Assembly: GCA_021498095.1 (NCBI GenBank)
Contig: JAIZWK010000001.1
Span: forward strand, 570,001 to 602,000
Direction of reading: 5' to 3'
Origin: Candidatus Harpocratesius repetitus
GTDB taxonomy: Archaea; Asgardarchaeota; Lokiarchaeia; Sigyniarchaeales; Promethearchaeaceae
Length of the DNA stretch: 32,000 bases
Shown piece by piece: positions 1 to 9,036 of this stretch. The position numbers and the translations under genes were made by a program. Below the pieces are notes generated by a model. That model did no database searches. It had not been told where the DNA came from and saw only the letters and a program-made list of their open reading frames with translations. Numbering within the stretch: position 1 is the first letter of the stretch; every line of letters starts with the position of its first letter.

Positions 1-3000
1 GCACAAGAGACAGAAAAATCCAAAATGGATGAAGAAATCACTTCTCAAAAATCAGAACTTTCAGCTAAAGAAGCAACTTTAAAAGCAACTGAAGAAAATT
101 TAAAACGGCTTCAGCAAAATATCGAGAAATTAGAAGATCTTCAGCAAAAACTGGAAGAAGGTCAAACTTATGATGATTTAATTAACAAAACAAAAGAAGA
201 AATTGAAAATCTTCAGCAAGCTTTAGATGAAAATTCAGGATTAATTGATGAAAATAAAGCGAAACAGAAAGAAGAAGAACAAATAATTGCACAAATAAAT
301 AATGAAAAAGCCCAAATTAATAAAGAAATCTCCAAAATCAAACAGGATGGTAAAGCTTTAACTACTGAAATCAAGCTTTTGGAAAAAACTATTAAAAAGA
401 ATGAGAAAAAGAGAGCTCAACTAGAAAAAGATTTGAAAAAGTTACAGAAAGACGCAGAAAGTGTAACTGAAGCGATGGAACAAGCAAAAAATGAAGCCAA
501 ATCCATTCAAGAAAAAATTTCAACATTGAAAAAGCAAATTACTGAGCAAAAATCACTACAAAAACAACTTGATGGAGAAATCCAAAAGCTAGAAGTAAAA
601 CGTGACAAATTTTCGAAATCACAAGCAGAAATTCAAGCTTCCATCTCTTCTGCAGGTGCAGAAATTAACATGCTTGAAACCCGTATACAAGAACTTGAAA
701 AGAAGAAAAAAGATTATAGAAACGAGTATGAAAAACTAACAAAAGGCCAAGCAGTTGAAGACCAAATCAAAACTTTAAAAGTCGAAGAAAAAGAAATCTC
801 ACAACAGTTAAAAAAGCTTAAAGAAAAACTTATTTCCGCAAATGATGAGCAAAAACGAAGTCAAAATAAACAAGAAACCTTGGAATTGAAACGACGAGCA
901 TTAGAAGGAGAATTGACCGACCTTGAAAAACGTCTTTCTGGATTACGTGTTGAACTAAAAACGGCAGAATCAGAACTTCATACTTCACAACGGGAAAAAC
1001 AACATAAAGATATTATCAAAGAAAATTTAATAAAAGAAATTACAATCCAAAAAGAACAAAAAGAGAAATTGCAAAATCAAGTTGAAAATTTTCAAGCTAA
1101 AATAAACCAAATGAAAAAAGAGCGCGCTAAACTTCAAGAAACAATTGATAAAAAGGAAGAAGAATATGGTCAAACTCAACTTGAATTAAACACAGTACTC
1201 GATAATCTAACGAATTTGATTCAAGATATTGATCGCTCTGCAGGTGATATCAAATCTGATATTCAAAATGTTAGTCAAGTTGCAATTGATGAATCAGGAA
1301 AAGTTTTCAAAGAATTTGTGCTCGATGTCACCGATATGTTGCGATCTATAGAAGAAATATCAGAAATGAATCCTGAAGATCCAAAAGAAATCCAGGAACA
1401 ACTGAATTTTGCAGTAAATACTTTAAAATTATTAATTGAAAATGCAGAACAACCACTAATTCAACTTAATGAAGTCGTTCAAGATGCTAGTGATGAAGCA
1501 TTAAAAGAATCTACTGGTAATTTCGATGGATTTATACAAGATTTTACAGATAAATTCGATTCAATTCGTGTTGCTTTACAAGCTGTCGCAGTAGCAGATA
1601 CATCAGAACATTATCGAGCATTAGAGGATCTGAATTCTGCTATTAGTTCCCAATCTGAAGAGCTCTCGAAAATATCAGTTCAGCTAACTCGAATCACAGC
1701 TCAACTGGAACAAAAAGAACGTGAATTATCACAAATCAATTCGGAATTAAAACAGTTACAAACAAAAATTGATGAAGCAGAGAAGAAATCTAAAATAGGT
1801 AAAAAAGAAAATGAAGAAAAAACCAAAAAATCTGAAGAAATAAAAGAAGAAATCGCAAAAATAACCTCCACAATTTTAGATATAAAAAAATCTTCTGAAA
1901 ATTTTTGGAAACATACAAAATCCCTACAAAATGAAATCGATAAAAAAGCAGAAATTCTTTCACAAATTACTGAAGATCTAAATAAATTGAGCAATGTAAA
2001 GCGATTGCTCGATGATATTGAAACAGCAGAACAAGATCAAACCCGATTACGAGATGAAATCAAAAATAAAAAACAGACAATTAAAGATCTTACTGAAAAA
2101 AGTAAAAATATCCAAAAGGATATTGATGCAAATCTTGAAGAAATTGCTAAAATTAAAACTAAACGAGAAAAAGCTGAAGATACTCGTAATGATATTCAAA
2201 CTCAAATCGATGAAGAAAATGAAAGACTTTCTGAAGTTAATGGAAGAATTAAAGATCTAGAAAATGTTCAAAAATTAATAACTGATATCGAAAACTTAAC
2301 AACAGAAATTGAAGAAAATACTGAAAAGATTGCAGAGAATACTAAACAGAATGAAATCTTGGAAGAAGATATTGCAAAACTTGAAAAAGATATTGAAAGT
2401 AAAAATAAATTGATTGAAGAGCACCAAACATCCAGACAATCATTGGAATCTGAAGAAAAAGAACTTCGCACTAAAACTAAAGAATTATCCACACAAATGA
2501 ATAATGTTGAAAAAATACTAGATAAACAACAACAGATGAAAGCACGGGAAGAAGAGATAGAAAATCTTAAGGATGAACAAGGTGAATTGGGCGATTTAAT
2601 AGCAGATTATCAAGAAGATATTCAAAAAATTACCGAAAATTTGATTTCTTTGGAAGAGACTCGTTCAAAACAAATTGAATCATTAAACGAATTACAATCG
2701 CAAAAAAATGAATCTTGGGAAAAACAAAAAGCACTTCGAGACGAGTTGGGCGATTTAAATGCAGACTTCTCCCGAAATACTGCTAAATTTAATGGATTAG
2801 AAACCCGGAAAATTGTAGTTGAAGAGAAAATTGATGAATTATTTGAAAAATCAAAGGATTACGGAACACTTCCACCAGTTACTGATGATCTTTCTGAAGA
2901 ATCCTTAAATCAAAAAATTGGTAAAGCCACAACAGAGAAAAAAGCATTAGAACCAGTAAATCTTAAATCAATTGAAGAATACGACCAAGTTAAGGAACGA

Positions 3001-3603
3001 TGGGACGAAATCGATATGCGCAGGCAAACATTGCAACGCGAAAGAAAAGCAATATTAGATTCAATCGATCGTATTGAATTAGAAAAAACTCGCAATTTTA
3101 TGAAAGCGTATCATGAAATTAATCGAGTATTTAGCTCTATCTTTCAAAAACTCTCTCCAGGTGGCTCAGCAAAGATGATTCTCGAAAATCCTGCACATCC
3201 ATTTGAAGGAGGGATTAGCATTGAAGCTCGTCCGCGTGGTAAGAAGATTTCTTCACTGGATATTCTTTCAGGGGGAGAAAAAACATTAGTTGCACTTTCT
3301 TTCATCTTTGCTATCCAAAACTTCTATCCTGCCCCATTTTATATTATGGACGAGATAGATGCTGCTCTTGATGGTCCAAATGTTTATCGCACTTCAATGG
3401 TTATCAAAGAATATGCTAGAACATCGCAATTCTTAGTAATTAGTCATCGTGAAGAAAATATTACAAACGCTGATAGAATTTATGGTGTCGCCATGAATGA
3501 TGGAATTACCGATATCTTTACCGTAAATTTGGAGGATGAAAAGAAGCGAGACGATTTTGAGACAGAAGTTGAAGTTGTTAAAGATGTTTCAGAATCACAA
3601 TAA
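1..3603 (+). CDS. smc: Chromosome segregation ATPase SMC, 5'-truncated by the window edge
   Basis: Frame is open from base 1 (AQETEKSK precedes the M at 25), so the true start is upstream. Long heptad-rich coiled coil, then PVNLKSIEEY (from 2953), ABC signature LSGGE (3265-3279), Walker B/D-loop DEIDAALD (from 3349) and H-loop SHR (3442). Followed directly by scpA and scpB. Walker A is not in the window. Confidence 0.93.
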   Translation, partial: AQETEKSKMDEEITSQKSELSAKEATLKATEENLKRLQQNIEKLEDLQQKLEEGQTYDDLINKTKEEIENLQQALDENSGLIDENKAKQKEEEQIIAQINNEKAQINKEISKIKQDGKALTTEIKLLEKTIKKNEKKRAQLEKDLKKLQKDAESVTEAMEQAKNEAKSIQEKISTLKKQITEQKSLQKQLDGEIQKLEVKRDKFSKSQAEIQASISSAGAEINMLETRIQELEKKKKDYRNEYEKLTKGQAVEDQIKTLKVEEKEISQQLKKLKEKLISANDEQKRSQNKQETLELKRRALEGELTDLEKRLSGLRVELKTAESELHTSQREKQHKDIIKENLIKEITIQKEQKEKLQNQVENFQAKINQMKKERAKLQETIDKKEEEYGQTQLELNTVLDNLTNLIQDIDRSAGDIKSDIQNVSQVAIDESGKVFKEFVLDVTDMLRSIEEISEMNPEDPKEIQEQLNFAVNTLKLLIENAEQPLIQLNEVVQDASDEALKESTGNFDGFIQDFTDKFDSIRVALQAVAVADTSEHYRALEDLNSAISSQSEELSKISVQLTRITAQLEQKERELSQINSELKQLQTKIDEAEKKSKIGKKENEEKTKKSEEIKEEIAKITSTILDIKKSSENFWKHTKSLQNEIDKKAEILSQITEDLNKLSNVKRLLDDIETAEQDQTRLRDEIKNKKQTIKDLTEKSKNIQKDIDANLEEIAKIKTKREKAEDTRNDIQTQIDEENERLSEVNGRIKDLENVQKLITDIENLTTEIEENTEKIAENTKQNEILEEDIAKLEKDIESKNKLIEEHQTSRQSLESEEKELRTKTKELSTQMNNVEKILDKQQQMKAREEEIENLKDEQGELGDLIADYQEDIQKITENLISLEETRSKQIESLNELQSQKNESWEKQKALRDELGDLNADFSRNTAKFNGLETRKIVVEEKIDELFEKSKDYGTLPPVTDDLSEESLNQKIGKATTEKKALEPVNLKSIEEYDQVKERWDEIDMRRQTLQRERKAILDSIDRIELEKTRNFMKAYHEINRVFSSIFQKLSPGGSAKMILENPAHPFEGGISIEARPRGKKISSLDILSGGEKTLVALSFIFAIQNFYPAPFYIMDEIDAALDGPNVYRTSMVIKEYARTSQFLVISHREENITNADRIYGVAMNDGITDIFTVNLEDEKKRDDFETEVEVVKDVSESQ

Positions 3604-3654
3604 GAATCGAAATAAAGAACGATATAAATAAGATCAATTTAAAAGGGGAGAAAA

Positions 3655-4755
3655 ATGCCAGAAAAAAAAACTGCAGCGAAAAAATCTTCTAGAAAGAAGA
3701 CTACAAAAAGGAAAGGTTCAACAAAAAAAAAATCAAAGAAGACAACTAATTCAAAAAAAAAAAAAAAACAAGCAACTTTATCAACTCCAAAAGCACCAAA
3801 ATCGACTTCAAAGAAAACTTCAACAAAAAAGCCAAGGAAAAAAACATCAAAGAAGGTAAAAAATAGCACAACGAAAAAGAAAAAATCTTCATCTATTCCA
3901 AAAGAACCTGTGATAAAAGAAGTTATTTCGATTGGTGATGATATAGAAGAACAAGAGGTGAATAAGGGAGAAATACTAGAAGATGAACCCCAGATAAAGA
4001 AATGGTGGTTGGAGGAACCTTATCGCAGTCTGTTAGATCCCGATTTAGCAAAAACGGTAGATTTTACCAAATTTGATTTATCTTCGCTAATTGAAGATTT
4101 TACAGCGAAGATGGTGGCTGAAGAATTAATAGATTTTCGTATCTCTGGATTAGCAATATATTCTTCTGCTCAATTATATCATACGAAGATTACAGGAGTG
4201 ATAAAGCAAGAAGAGGAAATTCAAAAAGCAGAAATGCGTGAACGAATTCGTCGTCAAATTCCGAAAGCAATTGCACAGCCACTAAGAGAAGCACGTAAAA
4301 TTGCAACTTCTGAAGAACTTTTTGGTGCTATGCGTAGAGCTATTATAGAAACCATGCAAAAACGAGAAAAGCTAAGAATTCGCCGAGAGCAGCAAAAAGC
4401 AAAAAGAGAGAAGGAAGTAAAAAAAAGAGGTAAAGGAAGGCTTCCTGCGGAAATTCTCAAACATATAACAGGAAGTGAAGAAACTATTGAAGAACGACTT
4501 AAGAAACGGCATCGTCAATTAGTCGAAATTGTACGTATGGAAAATCCGCCTGATCGCACAATTTCAATGAATTATTTTAAAAAAATGATATATAGTGATC
4601 CAGAAAAGAAGTTATTGGAAAAGAAAGTTAAATATATTCAAACATTTGAGGAAATGCTATTTTTAGCATCACTGGGGAAAGTGGTTCTTCATCAAGATGA
4701 CACTGAATCACCATTATATATCAAATTAGTTGATCAAACCAGTATTGAATTCTAA
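3655..4755 (+). CDS. scpA: Kleisin ScpA with an 80-aa Lys-rich N-terminal extension
   Basis: IDFRISGLAIYSSAQLYHTK matches the archaeal ScpA N-domain; TFEEMLFLASLGKVVLHQ...PLYIKL matches the C-terminal winged helix. Lies between smc and scpB. SD-like GGGGAG upstream of the ATG. Confidence 0.85.
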   Translation: MPEKKTAAKKSSRKKTTKRKGSTKKKSKKTTNSKKKKKQATLSTPKAPKSTSKKTSTKKPRKKTSKKVKNSTTKKKKSSSIPKEPVIKEVISIGDDIEEQEVNKGEILEDEPQIKKWWLEEPYRSLLDPDLAKTVDFTKFDLSSLIEDFTAKMVAEELIDFRISGLAIYSSAQLYHTKITGVIKQEEEIQKAEMRERIRRQIPKAIAQPLREARKIATSEELFGAMRRAIIETMQKREKLRIRREQQKAKREKEVKKRGKGRLPAEILKHITGSEETIEERLKKRHRQLVEIVRMENPPDRTISMNYFKKMIYSDPEKKLLEKKVKYIQTFEEMLFLASLGKVVLHQDDTESPLYIKLVDQTSIEF

Positions 4756-4781
4756 AATATGAGACTTAAGAGGTAATCAAG

Positions 4782-5777
4782 ATGTCAGAAAAAGAAGAGA
4801 ATAAGAATGAAGATAAAGAAATATCTGAAAAATCAGAAGAAAAATCAAGTGAAATCCAAAACACAAATCAAAATGCGAGTTTAAATGATAATCAGAAGCC
4901 AGAAAGTAATAATAACTTAGAAGTATCTTTGGATAATGACAACGAATTCGATGATGAAATACTCTCAGACTTAGAAGAACTAGATGAAAGTTTAGATTTA
5001 CCCACAGAGAAAGAGGATAATGAAGAGATTGTTGAAGAAGAAGAGAAATTAGACACGATTGATGAAAATGTTCAATTAGAAAAAGATGAAAAAGTGGGAG
5101 AAGAAATAGATACTGAAGAAAAAATAGGAGAAGAAATAGATACTGAAGAAAGAATAGGAGAAAAAATAGATACTGAAGAAAGAATAGGAGAAAAAATAGA
5201 AGGAGAAGATGATGCTTTTCTAGATGAATCAAAAATTGCCCCAATGAGTGACGAAGAAGAAGCACATATCCATTTAAAAAATGTAGTCGAAGGTGCATTA
5301 TTTGTTGCGGGGCGCCCAGTCTCGTTAGAAGAGTTAAATGTGAAAACGGATATTAAAAAGCGGGATTTAGAAGCATTGTTGGATGAGTTAGCTATGGATT
5401 ATTTAATGCGTTCAACTGCTTTGGAAATAATTCGAATTCAAGATAAATACAGTCTGCAAATTAAACCTGAATATACTCCGCGAGTGAAAAAATTTGCCAG
5501 CGGTGGTTTAATTCCAGATGCAATACTGAAGACTTTGACCATCATAGCGCTAAAGCAACCTTTAATGAAATCTACTTTGGTAAAACTTCGCGGTTCTACT
5601 GCTTATGAACATGTGAAGTTTTTAATTGATAGAGGATATATTGAAGCAAGAAAAAAGGGACGTTCATCTGAATTATGTACAACAGATCAATTTGCAGATA
5701 CATTTGGTTTGTCAAGAGATATTGAAACTCAAAAAAAGCAATTAATTGCACAATTAGGTGTCCAAGATGGGAAATAA
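4782..5777 (+). CDS. scpB: SMC-Scp complex subunit ScpB with a ~160-aa acidic N-terminal extension
   Basis: VEGALFVAGRPVSLEEL, YSLQIKPEY, TLTIIALKQP, KLRGSTAYEHVKFLIDRGYI and TTDQFADTFGL are typical ScpB tandem winged-helix motifs. SD GAGGT upstream. Confidence 0.93.
   Translation: MSEKEENKNEDKEISEKSEEKSSEIQNTNQNASLNDNQKPESNNNLEVSLDNDNEFDDEILSDLEELDESLDLPTEKEDNEEIVEEEEKLDTIDENVQLEKDEKVGEEIDTEEKIGEEIDTEERIGEKIDTEERIGEKIEGEDDAFLDESKIAPMSDEEEAHIHLKNVVEGALFVAGRPVSLEELNVKTDIKKRDLEALLDELAMDYLMRSTALEIIRIQDKYSLQIKPEYTPRVKKFASGGLIPDAILKTLTIIALKQPLMKSTLVKLRGSTAYEHVKFLIDRGYIEARKKGRSSELCTTDQFADTFGLSRDIETQKKQLIAQLGVQDGK
5088..5200 (+). repeat. In-frame 30-bp tandem repeat (~3.8 copies) encoding GE(E/K)IDTEE(K/R)I
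   Basis: Unit ggagaagaaatagatactgaagaaaaaata at 5097-5126, with near-identical copies at 5127-5156 and 5157-5186 and partial copies on both sides. No spacers. Confidence 0.95.
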
Positions 5778-5848
5778 ATCATTTTACGGCTAAATCTCTA
5801 TCTTCTTTCTTTCGTTTTTTCTATTTAGTTTTTTCTATTTAGCTTTTT

Positions 5849-6994
5849 CTATCTCCCTTCATCGAGATTTAGATTTTTCCAGTAATCAGGTATGAAAATT
5901 GCACGATTTTGCTCAAAACTATCCACAATACCACGTGTAATAGCGAATGATTTAATTGCATCTTTAAAATTGGTTTGAGGTTGTAATTTCCCACAAGATT
6001 CAATTCCTTGATAAAATTCTTCTAAAAGGAATAGTTCTGAGGAATAATTTTGTGCATTGTATTCCACATCTGAAGTAATGGGAATCTCAGTCGTGTGATA
6101 TTTAAATCCTTCAGGATCCTCAAATTCAGTTAACGAGAGCTGTTTTTCTTTGTTTTTCTCAAATAAATTGATTTCGCCCTCCTCACAATTAAGATCTAAA
6201 CGATGATATAATTCTCCTTTCTTTTGCCAATCGCCTCTATATGTTGCGTAAATCCAGTTATCAGGATTATAATAATCTTCTGGGCGCGCTAAGGCAAGAA
6301 TCGCAAACGTGGTTGAAGATCCTTTAAAGTACGAAAAGCTTGGTTTAAAGTTCACTCCACCTTGAACTTGTACCACATCCATCTCTGTAAGATATCTAAT
6401 TAAGTCTAAATGGTGGGGTGCCATATCTTCTAAAAATAGATCGCGTAGCCATCGGCGCCACCCTTGACGTGTTTTTCCCCAATTGTACAGATAAGTAAGA
6501 TTCAATGATGTGATAGATTTTAGCGAATCTTTGCGTTCAAGGTAAGTTTTCTTTACAGACCAATTATGGGGAAAGAAACGAGTTTGAGTTCCGACAGCAG
6601 TGCATAATTCTGGATATTTTGCTGCAGTTTTTACCATTTCACGCGCTTGAGAAATTGTACTTGCCATATTTTTTTCGCTTAACACATTTAAGCCGAGATC
6701 CAGAGCTTCCATGGATAATACATGATGAGTATAAGTAGGAGTAACTAAAATTGCGAGATCATAAGGCCCTTTGCCGAATTGGATTGCTTCTTCCATGGAA
6801 GTAAAACATTCACCTTTTGGAATCCCCCATATTTTCGGAGCATGCTCCAATTTATCGGTATTTGTATCAACAACGGCCCCGATTTCCCACCGTGGATGGG
6901 TTTCTATTGCTTTTCGCCAAACATGGGCATGTCCGCCAATTCCAACAATTAACGCACGTTTTTTTCTGGATTTTGCAGAATGATTCAGATTCAT
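5849..6994 (-). CDS. Gfo/Idh/MocA-family NAD(P)-dependent oxidoreductase
   Basis: N-terminal Rossmann motif ALIVGIGGHA; LNVLSEKNMA (EKP-type motif); DMAPHHLDL (D-x3-H-x2-D). Substrate unknown. Confidence 0.88.
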   Translation of the reverse strand: MNLNHSAKSRKKRALIVGIGGHAHVWRKAIETHPRWEIGAVVDTNTDKLEHAPKIWGIPKGECFTSMEEAIQFGKGPYDLAILVTPTYTHHVLSMEALDLGLNVLSEKNMASTISQAREMVKTAAKYPELCTAVGTQTRFFPHNWSVKKTYLERKDSLKSITSLNLTYLYNWGKTRQGWRRWLRDLFLEDMAPHHLDLIRYLTEMDVVQVQGGVNFKPSFSYFKGSSTTFAILALARPEDYYNPDNWIYATYRGDWQKKGELYHRLDLNCEEGEINLFEKNKEKQLSLTEFEDPEGFKYHTTEIPITSDVEYNAQNYSSELFLLEEFYQGIESCGKLQPQTNFKDAIKSFAITRGIVDSFEQNRAIFIPDYWKNLNLDEGR

Positions 6995-7096
6995 ATTCTA
7001 TATACGAAAAAAACAGTGAACATAAAAAAATGTTGTCTTCTCTGGCTTTTTTCTTAAAATCGGAATTTCCAAAAAGAAGCAAATATTTAAGCACCT

Positions 7097-8995
7097 ATGG
7101 GGAAGAATATTTCTTCAGCGCCGTTCTTTCGCATTTTACTAATAGATGGATATATCGATGAACCCGGATGTTTAGGTGTTCCTCCGTTTTTAGCACCTCT
7201 ACCTAGATATATTGCAGGAGCGATCCATACAGCTGAAGAAATGGGAAATATTCAATCTGAATTCTTATATCGAACAATTGATCAATTTCGCAGTCAGAAA
7301 ATTGAATTACTACAATCTCAGATAGATATTGTAATATTTTTATCCGGAGTAACCGTTCCTGGAAAATATTTAGGAGGAACGCCAATCAGTTTTCGAGAAT
7401 TACGAGATTTTTCAAAATTATTTCAGAATTCATTTTCTATATTGTGTGGTCCTGCCGCCAAATATGGGATTGGTGAAGGTGGTGGGCGAGCTAGTCGGCA
7501 AACGGAGAATTTACGGTTAAATTTCAATTTAATTCTCTATAATGATGCAGAATGGGCAGTATTCAAATTGTTTTCACAATATTTAGAAACCCTAACTAAG
7601 ATAATTCAAGAAATAAGAAATAATCAAAATAATAGAGACAATCAAAGAAAACAAAACGAGCAGTCTTTAGTGCGATTTCAAGGCGATCAAACCTTTAGAA
7701 CTTCTCAGATACTTCAACCACTTCAAACACTTGAAAAACTAAGGCGTCCTTCTATTCATTCAATTCAATCTTTTGCAATAAGAGCTCCATCACAGTTAAT
7801 TCATCAACATCCAAATTTCAAACAGGAACCGAAAGGAAATCTTATTTGTGAGATCGAAACATTTCAAGGTTGTCCACGCTATCGAACCGGAGGATGTAGA
7901 TTTTGCATTGAACCCTTAAAAGGTCAGACACAACACCGAAAAATTGATGATGTTGTGGAAGAAATATATGAATTATATAAAACAGGTGTTAGGCATTTTC
8001 GCCTTGGCGCCCAAACAGATTTTTATGCATTTCATCATGGAAAGTATCTTCATCCTAAATATCCTAAACCCAATCCAGCAGCTATTCGGAAATTACTGAG
8101 TCAAATTTGGGAAAAATGCCCAGATCTTAAGACACTGCATATCGATAATGTAAATGCATTAAATTTCTCATTATATCCTAATGAAGCAGTTGAAATTACT
8201 AAATTAATTGTTGAGTTCTGTACTGAAGGTAATATTGCAGCAATTGGAGTTGAATCAGTAGATCCCACAGTTATTCGCGCCAATAATCTAAAAGCAACTG
8301 CGGATGAAATTGAAAATGCAATTGCTGTAATTAATCAATTTGGTTCTAAAGTAGGAAAGAATGGAAATGCATTATTTCTTCCTGGATTAAACTTCATTAT
8401 GGGTCTTCCTGGAGAATCGATCGAAAGTTTGCAGCAAAATTATGAATTCTTGCAAAAAATTTTAAAAAAAGGTTATTTGGTTCGACGGATAAATTTAAGA
8501 AAATTCCTGGTTCCCTCCACTATGAATCCTTCTACTCAAAAGTGGGTTCTTAAGCATATAAAAAAATTTCAAAGCAAATATTTCCATTGGAAAGCAGATA
8601 TTCGAATTAATATTGATCTCCCATTATTAAAAGGATTATATCCCTTTGGACGCATTTTAAAGCAAGTTTATGCCGAAAAGCACGATGGAAATGGAACTTT
8701 AGCACGGCAAGTTGGAACTTATCCAATTAGATGTTTTATTCCAAAAAAAATACATTTATATCGATTCTATGATTTAGTGGTGGTAAATCATGGTTCTCGC
8801 TCACTAATTTGCTTAGTATTACCTGTAGATCTTACTAATTTAAGTAGAAAAGAATTAGAAGCAATTGATGGCATTGGAAAGAACCGTGCTCAAGCGATTC
8901 AATTAAAAAATCCAAAAACAGAAAAGGATTGGTCTCAAATGGATGAGAAAATCCGCGAAATTCGTCGTATATTGAAAAATAATAACGAAATATGA
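7097..8995 (+). CDS. Radical SAM protein with C-terminal helix-hairpin-helix (COG1031-like)
   Basis: N-terminal IDGYIDEPGCLGVPP; cluster motif CPRYRTGGCRFC (Cx7Cx2C); FRLG, GVES and NFIMGLPGES core motifs; LEAIDGIGKNRAQAI HhH near the C-terminus. Confidence 0.85.
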   Translation: MGKNISSAPFFRILLIDGYIDEPGCLGVPPFLAPLPRYIAGAIHTAEEMGNIQSEFLYRTIDQFRSQKIELLQSQIDIVIFLSGVTVPGKYLGGTPISFRELRDFSKLFQNSFSILCGPAAKYGIGEGGGRASRQTENLRLNFNLILYNDAEWAVFKLFSQYLETLTKIIQEIRNNQNNRDNQRKQNEQSLVRFQGDQTFRTSQILQPLQTLEKLRRPSIHSIQSFAIRAPSQLIHQHPNFKQEPKGNLICEIETFQGCPRYRTGGCRFCIEPLKGQTQHRKIDDVVEEIYELYKTGVRHFRLGAQTDFYAFHHGKYLHPKYPKPNPAAIRKLLSQIWEKCPDLKTLHIDNVNALNFSLYPNEAVEITKLIVEFCTEGNIAAIGVESVDPTVIRANNLKATADEIENAIAVINQFGSKVGKNGNALFLPGLNFIMGLPGESIESLQQNYEFLQKILKKGYLVRRINLRKFLVPSTMNPSTQKWVLKHIKKFQSKYFHWKADIRINIDLPLLKGLYPFGRILKQVYAEKHDGNGTLARQVGTYPIRCFIPKKIHLYRFYDLVVVNHGSRSLICLVLPVDLTNLSRKELEAIDGIGKNRAQAIQLKNPKTEKDWSQMDEKIREIRRILKNNNEI

Positions 8996-9036
8996 GAAGA
9001 TTGAGAAAAAAGGATTATTCTAAAAGGATTTTGAAT

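Noticed and set aside
1-3603. Rad50/SbcC or myosin-like assignment for the coiled-coil ORF
   Set aside because: No CxxC zinc hook; the PVN motif, DEIDAALD and adjacency to scpA and scpB indicate SMC.
5088-5200. 30-bp repeats as a CRISPR array
   Set aside because: Units are contiguous with no spacers, in frame inside scpB, and no cas genes are present.
3639-5298. Hydrophobic minus-strand ORFs 3639-3869, 4254-4460 and 4777-5298 as membrane proteins
   Set aside because: They are the antisense image of Lys/Glu-rich codons (AAA/GAA read as TTT/TTC) in well-supported genes.
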